A DNA stretch of 64,000 nucleotides from Candidatus Woesearchaeota archaeon. Lineage in GTDB: Archaea; Nanobdellota; Nanobdellia; UBA10117. Both the position numbers and the translations under genes were made by a program. The notes below the pieces were generated by a model. It was not told where the DNA came from. It saw only the letters and a program-made list of their open reading frames with translations, and did no database searches. Position 1 is the stretch's first letter. Every line of letters begins with the position of its first letter. The stretch lies in NCBI GenBank assembly GCA_964354105.1, contig CAYGXM010000003.1, positions 789 to 64,788 of the forward strand. The letters are read 5' to 3'. Below are positions 55,501 to 63,370 of the stretch, piece by piece.

Positions 55501-55787
55501 TCATAAATCAGCTCATTATTTTTGTAAATAAAGCCGATCTTGCCGCCGTAAACTGGAATCCCATTGTAATATTGGTCATAAAACTGGTATCTGAACTCGG
55601 CATCTTTGTCAGCACGCCTTAGTTCCAAGTTACTTGCAGGGATGCCTTTTTCAGCCAGCTTTATAGAAATATCGTTATTTATTACAGACGCACCAGTAAT
55701 GCCATTGCCTTCTTGTATTGCTAATAAAAAGGTCAGGGAAATGGCGAAAATTACTGCCAATACGCCTGCAGCCAGCCTCATGTTCAT
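52578..55787 (-). CDS. large secreted, C-terminally membrane-anchored zinc metalloprotease (thermolysin/fungalysin-like HExxH)
   Basis: The signal-like N-terminus is MNMRLAAGVLAVIFAISLTFLLA. The zinc site is VIYHEYTHGVV plus a downstream MHEGFADYFA (third ligand Glu). There are long Thr/Ser/Asn-rich beta-type domains and a Gly run NNGGGGGDG. The C-terminal TM is VFLISILIVTAVITWVAINQF, followed by KARKRKKG. Confidence 0.75.
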   Translation of the reverse strand: MNMRLAAGVLAVIFAISLTFLLAIQEGNGITGASVINNDISIKLAEKGIPASNLELRRADKDAEFRYQFYDQYYNGIPVYGGKIGFIYKNNELIYENDNFYKDINVNTKPLVMEKSAKKIAGMQVKDNTELQASLVILPHGRYYYLAYEVVYPEKTIFVDAVKGGVLYELSNIIYDDVYGNVSGLITPEKPSDVKVSMQLKNLNITFNNGTISLETTTNATGFYNVSISGTVTVNSSLAGPYVKVVNADQAPANHVVDVTSPTEHSWNWQDNDTSADYEESNVFYHINKVHDFFTAGDPFNITAMNYQMIATVEYDNNYCNAFYSMTDNSTRFGNSSTCGNLALMSDVIYHEYTHGVVDHIYDLAYNCDVATAESSAMHEGFADYFAATINNNSCAAEEFAGQDCLRQLNNTYIYPDSWVNECHDDSRIFSGAMWDLRGYTNATFTDTLVMRGIKAETQNLTAFLDAIISLNDNNTNLTDGTPEISEICDAFANNHGIFSNYCAGFTTETIAQITTPLADAIIARDSSYDVNGTAYNAEGASFTNYTVSIKPSSGSTWTLMGNETTVVSNSKLATLNTTGLTRGNYDLKLEVIDSSMTKTLTKSFSITDAAIYCTTSPCIASSNLIKSRDSIAGTVEPNQPNTIDACLDGTGQETGGYLHDESLENITVTSDIGKFKPGSNVTVNIWGYCYDGVILGAIITDYMKIIYSNSSDPDELNWRIISGGNCTVGGVFQNFSATFTLDNKEGNHSIRGTMQNLLIGDDISETCGSGAYADADDVMFYVTDMPYITGSTPANGTQLSSGTTSTTITITTDEQAICRYSTSDESYASMDAMDTTNSITHTVAVTGLQDEHTYDYYFRCNDSSGNTMTSSYYLTFSVKKASSSNNGGGGGGDGTTIIETYDISPGESKVIELSVGGGSIAYNTDSETHTIKLSGVIGDSAELTITSSPIKVLLKVGETKAVDVNDNGQNDLELTLLSLIGNSVKLRLKLLAETIAPVAEAETANETAEANLAAPSARAAPEAQPAMERNKVFLISILIVTAVITWVAINQFTKARKRKKGWELIDED

Positions 55788-55788
55788 C

Positions 55789-56124
55789 TCAACTCACAAA
55801 CAACTGCTCCTTTTTAATTATTTGTTCGCCAGACTCATCAAAATAAATATCCCAAGCCAAACTTTCGCCAATGTGCGCTTTCCAAACTGTATTATTGTTG
55901 AGGGTTGTTTTTTCTATGCTCTTGATGTCATTAGCAGTTATTGTAAAGGTCAATGGCTGGCCTGCTATATTGGAATAAGTCAGCTCCATTCCAATCAGCT
56001 GCTCTCTTATTTTTTCTTTAGGCGTTTTCTCAACAGCAGTTGTCAGTTTGCCGCCAAAATAAGCTCCTGCAAGCAAAAGCAATAGAGCTATCACTGCAGC
56101 AGCAATGTACAATGATTTGGCCAT
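55789..56124 (-). CDS. small N-terminally anchored protein (111 aa), possibly PepSY-like
   Basis: The TM anchor is LYIAAAVIALLLLLAGAYFGG, followed by a small beta-rich domain. The stop lies 1 nt before the protease ATG. Confidence 0.5.
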   Translation of the reverse strand: MAKSLYIAAAVIALLLLLAGAYFGGKLTTAVEKTPKEKIREQLIGMELTYSNIAGQPLTFTITANDIKSIEKTTLNNNTVWKAHIGESLAWDIYFDESGEQIIKKEQLFVS

Positions 56125-56154
56125 ATTAATATTTGAAGAAAGTGAAATTTAAGC

Positions 56155-56571
56155 TTATTGCCCCGATTTTTTCCTGTAATTTACAATCGCTTCCCTCAAA
56201 GCTGCTATTGGTAAGGCAGAACAATGTATCTTGTATTCCGGCAGGGCCTTCAGCTCTTTCAAAATGTCCTTTTGTGTAATCTTTAGTGCTTTAGCGATTG
56301 GCTTCCCTTTTACCATAACAGTCAGGACAGAGCTTGAAGCAACAGATGCTGGGCAGCCCCCTGTTACAAACTTGATGTCTTTGATTTTCTTGCCGTCTTT
56401 GGAGACTTTAATCCAAATTGTCACGCGATCAAAGCAAATCTGGTCAACAGTTGTAGCCATCCCGTCAGCACTTTTCATCTGCCCCCAGTTCTTTGGATGT
56501 TTTGAGTGCTTGAGAACTTGTTTTGAATATGAGCTTTGCGCATAACTAGAAGGGTTATCTCTTGATTTCAT
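56155..56571 (-). CDS. IscU/NifU-N-type Fe-S cluster scaffold protein
   Basis: The three conserved Cys contexts are QICFD (compare ACGD), FVTGGCPASVASSS and LPEYKIHCSALPIAALREAI. Confidence 0.8.
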   Translation of the reverse strand: MKSRDNPSSYAQSSYSKQVLKHSKHPKNWGQMKSADGMATTVDQICFDRVTIWIKVSKDGKKIKDIKFVTGGCPASVASSSVLTVMVKGKPIAKALKITQKDILKELKALPEYKIHCSALPIAALREAIVNYRKKSGQ

Positions 56572-56643
56572 TTTGCTTTTCCTCCCTGCTAACTTTGTCG
56601 GTAAGCTCTTTTTCTAACCATGAGACATTCCACGCAGTAAACA

Positions 56644-56886
56644 TCATTTAAACTGGCACATTCCGCATAGTCTGCAGACTTCAGGAATAGTTCTAGATTT
56701 TTCTTCTGCAGCCTTTTTCTTGTTTTTAGCTCTTTTTCCGGATAAATACTGGGAAACAGCGGCTTCTGTAACATCAAGAAGTGCGGCAATCTCTTTTTGG
56801 CTCAGGCCTTTTTCTTTCAGCTCTTTGGCCAATTTTGCCTTTATTGCAGGAACTTTATGCTTTGCAGCAGATTCGCAACGCAACAT
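56644..56886 (-). CDS. XRE-type HTH transcriptional regulator with C-terminal Cys cluster (80 aa)
   Basis: The HTH is KEKGLSQKEIAALLDVTEAAVSQYLSGKR. The C-terminus is CRLCGMCQFK. A TATA-like TATATATAAAAA lies about 24.5 nt upstream. Confidence 0.7.
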   Translation of the reverse strand: MLRCESAAKHKVPAIKAKLAKELKEKGLSQKEIAALLDVTEAAVSQYLSGKRAKNKKKAAEEKSRTIPEVCRLCGMCQFK

Positions 56887-56972
56887 TTTAATTAACAGTG
56901 TTAGTATATATAAAAACTTAACGGTGTTAACTCATTGACAAACTTTAAATCACTTATGCTTTAATGTTAGAC

Positions 56973-57323
56973 ATGGCAGATGAACAAGATTATGACGTCC
57001 TTAAGGAAAAAGCCAAGAAGTACGACGGACTTGCTGCAAAGCTAAGACAGGAGTTTGATGAAGCTCTCCAGAAAAATAATATGGGCAAAATTATGAAAAT
57101 CTACTCGCGTGCAGAAACAACAATAGGCGATATTCTTCTCCTGAGCAGGAAGTTTAGCGGGGAAGATGCTGATGGGACTATCAGGCACAAGCTCGGGGAA
57201 AATGCAAAATCCGTTGCCGATGTAGTGACATACATACAGGACAAAGCAAAAGAAGCAGACATATCTTTAGAAAAAACAAAATCCGAAAAGGATCCAGGTT
57301 TTTGCCATGCAAGAGCCGAATAG
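56973..57323 (+). CDS. hypothetical helical protein (116 aa)
   Basis: The ORF-track ATG is 56964. ATG 56973 (MADEQDYDVLKEK...) fits better, at 26.5 nt downstream of CTTTAAAT. Confidence 0.45.
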   Translation: MADEQDYDVLKEKAKKYDGLAAKLRQEFDEALQKNNMGKIMKIYSRAETTIGDILLLSRKFSGEDADGTIRHKLGENAKSVADVVTYIQDKAKEADISLEKTKSEKDPGFCHARAE

Positions 57324-57378
57324 AAATTGTATACTTTGGTATAGCAAGTTTTAATACGCTTTAATTTGCCCAAATAGC

Positions 57379-58662
57379 ATGGGGATGTTCGATTCCTTGA
57401 AAAACATCTTTGGCAGCAAGAAGGAAGAGGTCAAAGTTGTAGAAGCTCCTAAAGAAGAGAGCGTTCTAATTCCAAATCTAGAAAGCTGGTTTGCGGCCAA
57501 AGAAGCCGGAATAATCAAATCTGCAGAGATGATTATTAAAGAGAAGAGCCCGAAGGTTCAGGAACAGATCAAGATGTGCGAAGCTGCCCTTTCTGCGCTC
57601 AAAACCGCAGTGCCGAGATACCCGCAGCTCTACAACCAGGCGAAAAATATTGCTGATGGTAACAGGCTGGCTTTTGTGAACTCAACAGAGAACTTTTTGA
57701 GGTCAATAAAACTGCCAAATTCTCCAAGCCTGCTGCACGACTTTGTTGTGGCGTCTGAACTAAATATGACTAATTTTATGGCGGATAGCAATAGGAGCTT
57801 CATAATATCAAATGAATTCTTTACAGAGCAGGCAGTTTCTGTTAAAACAAGTATCCAGGAGTTGGATAAAATGCTGCAGGAAGTAAGGAATTTTTGCCAG
57901 CAGAACAAGCTGGCTGAATTGAAGAAGGCCAAGGAAGACATTACGAAACTGATAAAGAAAATTCAGCAGGGCCAGCAGTTGAAGGATGAGCTGAGGGAAG
58001 TTGATGCTAAATTAACAGAACTGCTGAAACAAAAAGATGGCATAAAACTGGAGCAGTCTGCGTTCTTGCAAAGTGCAGAATTCCTGGAGAAACAAAATCT
58101 TGAAAAGGAGCTGAAAGAGGTTCAGATTCAAATAAGGGCTAAAGAAGATGAAATTTACAGCGTTTTTGGAACATTGGACACTCCTTTAAGGAAGCTGGCC
58201 TGGGAAAATCCAAAGCTGAAGAAGCACATCAATAACTATCTGAATAACTTAGTGGCTGCGGTCTCGGATGATAAAGATTTCACTTTCAAAGAAACCCTAA
58301 TCAAATTAAGGCTGGCAATAGAAGCTGGCGAGGTTGATTTGAAAGACAAGAAAAGAGCGCAGGCAATCAAGGAAATAAACCAGCTTACAGACAGTTTTGT
58401 CCAAATTTGGCGGAGCATTCACAAAGGGCTAAAGGAAAAAGAAGCTGAATTGCGGGGAAAACTGGAAAGTTCAACTGTACTTAAAAGAGAGCAGGGGCTG
58501 AAAGCGCAATTGCAGCTACTGGAAACTGAGCAAGAAGCTCTGAATAAGCAGAAAGGGATTCTTGTCACCAAAATAAACAAAGCCAATCTTGATAAAGATG
58601 TAGAAGAAATCAGCCAAAAGCTAAGCTTGTTAGTAAATAATAAGATTAAGATTTCTGTTTGA
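57379..58662 (+). CDS. long coiled-coil protein (427 aa) with N-terminal amphipathic MGMFDSLKNIFG motif
   Basis: K/E/L/Q-rich heptad-like sequence runs throughout. The N-terminus resembles the membrane-binding helix of PspA/Vipp1/ESCRT-III-type proteins (MGxFDRL...), judged by eye only. Confidence 0.55.
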   Translation: MGMFDSLKNIFGSKKEEVKVVEAPKEESVLIPNLESWFAAKEAGIIKSAEMIIKEKSPKVQEQIKMCEAALSALKTAVPRYPQLYNQAKNIADGNRLAFVNSTENFLRSIKLPNSPSLLHDFVVASELNMTNFMADSNRSFIISNEFFTEQAVSVKTSIQELDKMLQEVRNFCQQNKLAELKKAKEDITKLIKKIQQGQQLKDELREVDAKLTELLKQKDGIKLEQSAFLQSAEFLEKQNLEKELKEVQIQIRAKEDEIYSVFGTLDTPLRKLAWENPKLKKHINNYLNNLVAAVSDDKDFTFKETLIKLRLAIEAGEVDLKDKKRAQAIKEINQLTDSFVQIWRSIHKGLKEKEAELRGKLESSTVLKREQGLKAQLQLLETEQEALNKQKGILVTKINKANLDKDVEEISQKLSLLVNNKIKISV

Positions 58663-59035
58663 GCTTTTGTCTGTAGAAATAATAATTTATCCCTGTATAG
58701 ATTATGCCGCCTATGAGGAATGTAGTGACATCATATAATGCATCAACAGGGCCGCCTGTTTGAAGTATCCAATAGGGAGTACATTGCAGGATCTCGCTTA
58801 CTGTTCCTGTATTGAGCGCGGACATAACGCCAAATGAATCCACACATGCAGAGTCTTGAGTTTTCTTCATTTTTGTAATCTTGCGGAGGAAACCCCTGCC
58901 GAGCCAGGCAAACAAAAGACCCCCACCAATATGCGCAGGCTCATGTATTGGAGTGAAGCTGCTCAGCAGGCTTATTGCAGATGCGCCTACAGCAGTTGCT
59001 TTTACCTTGTTTTCAAGAGTGTTTAGCTTAAACAT
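58646..59035 (-). CDS. hypothetical membrane protein (129 aa)
   Basis: Several hydrophobic segments (AVGASAISLLSSF, GGGLLFAWLG, TTFLIGGIIYTGINYYFY). Convergent 17-nt overlap with the previous gene. Confidence 0.5.
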   Translation of the reverse strand: MFKLNTLENKVKATAVGASAISLLSSFTPIHEPAHIGGGLLFAWLGRGFLRKITKMKKTQDSACVDSFGVMSALNTGTVSEILQCTPYWILQTGGPVDALYDVTTFLIGGIIYTGINYYFYRQKLKQKS

Positions 59036-59125
59036 CGTATGCTCGAGTATACAATTAACCTTTAAAGTGTTTCCAAAAATGGGGAAATTATTGTTTTCTC
59101 AGGCATAGAAAGGTTTATATAATAG

Positions 59126-59166
59126 TAGTGTATTAATTACACTAACATAGTGTATAAAAAACACTA
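59126..59166 (+). promoter_or_regulatory. two tandem palindromic operator-like sites downstream of a TATA box
   Basis: TAGTGTA-TTAAT-TACACTA (59126-59144) and TAGTGT-ATAAAAA-ACACTA (59148-59166) lie between GGTTTATATAAT (about 59112-59123) and the ATG at 59181. Confidence 0.5.
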
Positions 59167-59180
59167 ATGAACAGGCGAAA

Positions 59181-59564
59181 ATGGAAAAGCTAATGAATCG
59201 TGAGGAAATGGAAAAAGAGGTTAAGGAATATCTCAGCAGTGCGTATAAAACTAAGTATCCTTTAGAACGATATGGTATTTGGGATGTTCATGGGGATGAT
59301 CCCAATTGTGATTTAGGAGGTTCGCACATACAGCCATTTCTTGGAAGATTTGAAGGTCGTTTTATTGATGTTTTAAGATATGCAGTAACGATGCCTAGAT
59401 GGCGGTGCTGGGGGCAAGGAAGTGTTGGGTTATCCGCACCAGTTAAAAAACTAACTCCTGCTGATGTTATTGATAAAGAGGACCTCGTGGTTAAAATTAA
59501 AGAAAAACAAGCGGAGGTTGACGTTTTGAAAAAGGAATTAGCTTCCCTAGAGGAGGCCCTATGA
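59181..59564 (+). CDS. hypothetical protein (127 aa), first gene of the NAD-salvage operon
   Basis: ATG-started ORF with an ATGA overlap onto pncB. The C-terminus is coiled-coil. No motif recognised. Confidence 0.55.
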   Translation: MEKLMNREEMEKEVKEYLSSAYKTKYPLERYGIWDVHGDDPNCDLGGSHIQPFLGRFEGRFIDVLRYAVTMPRWRCWGQGSVGLSAPVKKLTPADVIDKEDLVVKIKEKQAEVDVLKKELASLEEAL

Positions 59565-60934
59565 GCAACAAACCGCAATCCGGTTTGATTCCCGACGATA
59601 AGCTTGGAATAGCTACTGATTTATATCAATTAACAATGGCGAATGGCTATTCTGCTTTGAAAAAGAAAGATGAGGTTGCAATTTTTGACTTGTTTGTAAG
59701 AAAGTTACCAAACAATCGTTCTTATTTAATGGTTGCCGGCTTAGAGCAGGCACTTCATTACCTTTTAAATATTCACTTCACAGAAAAGGATATAGATTTG
59801 CTTCGCAGCAAATCAACTTTTAAGAATGCAGATGAAAAATTTTGGCAACTTTTGCGAGAGTTTAAATTTACAGGCGATGTTTGGGCGATGCCTGAAGGTA
59901 CGATAGCTTTTGGAAATGAACCATTGATGATTGTTGAAGCTCCAATAATAGAAGCGCAGATTGCAGAAACTTATCTCTTAACATGCTATAATCACCAGGC
60001 AAAAATTGCTTCTAAAGCAGCACGATGTGTTGAAGCTGCGAAAGGCAGGCCGATTATTGAATTTGGCATGCGAAGAACAGACATAGGTGCTGCATTAAGA
60101 GGCGCGAGAGCTGCATATGTTGGCGGTGCAATGGGCACGTCAAATGTGATGGCTGAGGCCCTTTTTGGCATCCCTTCATTTGGCACACACGCACATTCTT
60201 GGGTGATGAGCTTTGATTCTGAGGAAGAGGCGTTTGCAGCATACTTCCAAGTCTATGGAGAAGATACGTTAGCGTTAATTGATACTTATGATACGATTCA
60301 AGGCGCTGAAAAGGCGGTAAAACTTCCAGGTAAGATAAAAGGTATAAGATTAGACTCTGGTGATATAGCCAGTTTAAGTAAAAGCGTAAGACAAATTCTT
60401 GATGCCGCTGGAAAGAAAGATGGCAAAATCTTTGTAACAAATGACTTGAACGAATATAAAATTACAGATTTATTGAACAACGATGCAAAAGTTGATATTT
60501 TTGGAGTTGGAACTGAACTTGTGTTGTCTGCTGACGCACCAGCACTTGGAGGAGTGTATAAGCTTGCTGAATTGATTAAAGATGGAAAAGCTACTCCTAA
60601 ATTAAAATTAAGCAAGGATAAATGCACTTATCCTGGCAGAAAACAGGTTTATAGAGTTTCTAATAATAGCTTACCAGATCACGACATACTTGCCTTACGA
60701 GGAGAATTTGATGATAAATATGAAGCACTTCTTATTCCAATGATTAAAAAGGGTGAACTTGTGTACGAAGTTCCTAAGCTTTCTAATGTTCGCGCATATG
60801 GAATCAAAAACAGGGAAAAACTTCCAATGCAATACAGGAAAAATATTGCTGACCAGAGCTACCAGGTGTTGATTTCTCCAAATCTTGGCGCTTTAACTAA
60901 GGAAACAGCTGCAAAATACGGAGGCGCAAGATGA
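59561..60934 (+). CDS. pncB: nicotinate phosphoribosyltransferase
   Basis: DLYQLTMANGY at the N-terminus, FGMRR and GTSN segments, GIRLDSGD and FGVGT match the NAPRTase family pattern. Confidence 0.85.
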   Translation: MSNKPQSGLIPDDKLGIATDLYQLTMANGYSALKKKDEVAIFDLFVRKLPNNRSYLMVAGLEQALHYLLNIHFTEKDIDLLRSKSTFKNADEKFWQLLREFKFTGDVWAMPEGTIAFGNEPLMIVEAPIIEAQIAETYLLTCYNHQAKIASKAARCVEAAKGRPIIEFGMRRTDIGAALRGARAAYVGGAMGTSNVMAEALFGIPSFGTHAHSWVMSFDSEEEAFAAYFQVYGEDTLALIDTYDTIQGAEKAVKLPGKIKGIRLDSGDIASLSKSVRQILDAAGKKDGKIFVTNDLNEYKITDLLNNDAKVDIFGVGTELVLSADAPALGGVYKLAELIKDGKATPKLKLSKDKCTYPGRKQVYRVSNNSLPDHDILALRGEFDDKYEALLIPMIKKGELVYEVPKLSNVRAYGIKNREKLPMQYRKNIADQSYQVLISPNLGALTKETAAKYGGAR

Positions 60935-61686
60935 AAGCAATTTATGAAACAGATGTGCAAAATGACTTTTCATTAAAGACTGGAGCATTATTTGTACATG
61001 GCTTTGAACCGAAAAGCACGTACAAGTCATATGGTGCAGAAGCCAGATTGCCAAATATACTGCAGATGCATAATTATGCAAAAGAAAAAGGAATGTTAGT
61101 GCTAGGCTCTGTTGACAGGCATTTCTATGAAGATGCAGAGCTTGTTAGAAATGAAGGTGGGGCTTTTGATGACCATTGCATGAATGGCACTCATGGCCAG
61201 CTTAGAGTTGGCGGATTAGAAAGGCAGATTGATATCTACATACAAAGCAAAGAGGGCCCTGGCCTGCCCGTTAGAATTTTGAATGCGCAAGAGATTGCTG
61301 ATCGCGTAAATATCTGTTTAGAAAAGAATTATCACTTGATTTTTGAAAAACAGAGCTATGATGTTGGCACAAATCCAAACTTTGAACCAATTATGAAGGG
61401 CTTGATAGCAAAAGGTCAGCTCGATTCAATTATTATAAACGGATTTGCAACAGATTATTGTGTAAAAACAGCAGCTTTGAAAATTGCAGACATTGCAGAG
61501 AAAGCAGGCCATATTATTGGTAAAACTTTTGGCTTGTATGTTGTAACCGATGCCATAACTGCAGTAAATATAGATTTCTCAGGCAAAAAAGATATGGAAT
61601 TTGGCAAGAAAGCCCTTGAAGAAATGTTTGTTCGTGGCGTCAAGCCGATTACAACAAAAGAAGTTCTGGAGGGAACATTGGTATGA
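60931..61686 (+). CDS. pncA: nicotinamidase/isochorismatase-family hydrolase
   Basis: The pattern includes DVQNDF, an Asp/His metal-site region (SVDRHF...DHCMNGTHG) and the catalytic Cys context GFATDYCV. Confidence 0.75.
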   Translation: MKAIYETDVQNDFSLKTGALFVHGFEPKSTYKSYGAEARLPNILQMHNYAKEKGMLVLGSVDRHFYEDAELVRNEGGAFDDHCMNGTHGQLRVGGLERQIDIYIQSKEGPGLPVRILNAQEIADRVNICLEKNYHLIFEKQSYDVGTNPNFEPIMKGLIAKGQLDSIIINGFATDYCVKTAALKIADIAEKAGHIIGKTFGLYVVTDAITAVNIDFSGKKDMEFGKKALEEMFVRGVKPITTKEVLEGTLV

Positions 61687-62498
61687 AAATCAACGAAGCC
61701 GCTTCGCTATATATACAAAGTCCGGATAAGCTGCTTGAGCAGTCTTGCCCAAGTGTTGAGTCCTTAGTTGAATTTATTAAAAAAGAAAAACGCGGCGTTA
61801 TTGGCTTGAGCGGTGGGGTAGATTCTGCATTAGTTTTGGAATTAGCAGTTCGTGCCATGGGAAAAGATAATGTGTATGGGTTAATGATGCCTGCTAACAG
61901 CCAGAATATAGATGTTGATTATGCAAGAAACCATGCGGAAAAGTTAGGTATAAAATATCGCGTGGTGGATAAATTAAGTGCAGTCATTAAAGCGTGTAAA
62001 TTTAATATTGGTTTTTTTGATAACCCTCTCGATGAAGGAAATCTTAAGGCTAGATTGCGGATGGCGCATTTATACGCTGCAGCTAGGCAGTATCATGGTA
62101 TTGTTTTGGGGACTGGAAATAAATCTGAATTGATGCTTGGCTATTTTACAAAATATGGCGATGGCGGAGTCGATATGCTACCGATTGGCCAGCTTTACAA
62201 GACACAAGTATGGAAACTTGCTAAAGAAGTTGGCGTTCCTGGCGAAATTATAAAAAGAACTCCAACAGCAGGCTTGTGGCCAGGGCAGACAGATGAAGGA
62301 GAAATTGGCGTAAAATATTCTGATTTGGATAAAATTTTGCTCGGATTTGAGCTTGAGTTTGACACAGATGACATAGTTAAGTATGCTGAGGTTCCAGATG
62401 ACGTGGTAGAAAACTTAGGACTCAAATACATTTTTAGTACACATAAGCGCCAAATGCCGCCAATGCCTCCATCAAAGTTTGAAGGAGACCAAAAATGA
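61683..62498 (+). CDS. nadE: NH3-dependent NAD+ synthetase
   Basis: The PP-loop is GLSGGVDSA. GTGNKSELMLGYFTKYGDGG and RTPTAGLWPGQTDE are typical of NadE. Confidence 0.88.
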   Translation: MKINEAASLYIQSPDKLLEQSCPSVESLVEFIKKEKRGVIGLSGGVDSALVLELAVRAMGKDNVYGLMMPANSQNIDVDYARNHAEKLGIKYRVVDKLSAVIKACKFNIGFFDNPLDEGNLKARLRMAHLYAAARQYHGIVLGTGNKSELMLGYFTKYGDGGVDMLPIGQLYKTQVWKLAKEVGVPGEIIKRTPTAGLWPGQTDEGEIGVKYSDLDKILLGFELEFDTDDIVKYAEVPDDVVENLGLKYIFSTHKRQMPPMPPSKFEGDQK

Positions 62499-63370
62499 AA
62501 ATCCAAACCTTTAGCATTTTGGCAGGAAGTACAGCATGCAATGCAAAATGTCCTTTTTGCATATCCAAAATGACTCCAAAGGAAGGTGTTACGCTAAAAG
62601 AACCTGAAGTGAACTGGAGAAATTTTAGTAAAGCCTGCCTTTTAGCTAAGCAGGGCGGCGTAAATGCTGCAATGATAACAGGAAAGGGCGAGCCTACGCT
62701 TTATCCTAAACAAATTACAAAGTATTTGACGAATATGGAGCCATTTGAATTTCCAATAATAGAACTGCAGACTAATGGCATATTAATCGCAGAGAACAAA
62801 AAAGAATATGATAGGCATTTGCGCGACTGGTATGCAAAAGGCCTGACAACAATTGCAATATCTATAGTTCATTATGAACCAAAGAAGAACAAAGAAATCT
62901 ATCTGCCACATAAGAAATCTTACATCAACTTACCAGATCTAATAAAACAACTACATGACAAGAATATTTCCGTGAGGCTTTCGTGTATCATGGCTGATGG
63001 CTATATTTGCGATTCAAAAAGTTTGGAGGAATTAATTTTGTTTTCGAAGGAGAATAAAGTCGAACAGCTGACAGTAAGGCCAGTTAACAAGCCACAGAAC
63101 AGTGGAGATTTTGTTGCAGAGAAGTGGGTTTTGGAGCATTATATTAAACCAGAACAGAAGGAGGCTTTGCAAAATTATGTGACCAAAAACGGCCACCAGT
63201 TGATGAAGTTGCAGCATGGCGCGGCAATTTATGACATGCATGGCCAAAATATTTGCCTGACGAGTTCTCTCACCCTAGAGCCTAATTCTGAGGACATCCG
63301 CCAGCTGATATTTTTCCCGGATGGCCATCTAAGATATGACTGGCAATATGAGGGGGCAATATTGTTATGA
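62495..63370 (+). CDS. radical SAM protein of unknown specificity
   Basis: CxxxCxxC (CNAKCPFC) lies near the N-terminus, with GKGEPTLYP downstream. There is an ATGA overlap with nadE. Confidence 0.75.
   Translation: MKIQTFSILAGSTACNAKCPFCISKMTPKEGVTLKEPEVNWRNFSKACLLAKQGGVNAAMITGKGEPTLYPKQITKYLTNMEPFEFPIIELQTNGILIAENKKEYDRHLRDWYAKGLTTIAISIVHYEPKKNKEIYLPHKKSYINLPDLIKQLHDKNISVRLSCIMADGYICDSKSLEELILFSKENKVEQLTVRPVNKPQNSGDFVAEKWVLEHYIKPEQKEALQNYVTKNGHQLMKLQHGAAIYDMHGQNICLTSSLTLEPNSEDIRQLIFFPDGHLRYDWQYEGAILL

Noticed and set aside
55606-56085. 159-aa plus-strand ORF
   Set aside because: It is antisense to the 5' end of the metalloprotease gene and to the small anchored-protein gene. No motif was seen.
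56918-56930. Short inverted repeat TTAAC-GGT-GTTAA between the divergent XRE-regulator gene and 56973 gene
   Set aside because: It has only 5-bp arms in AT-rich DNA, which is too weak to call an operator without comparative or binding data.
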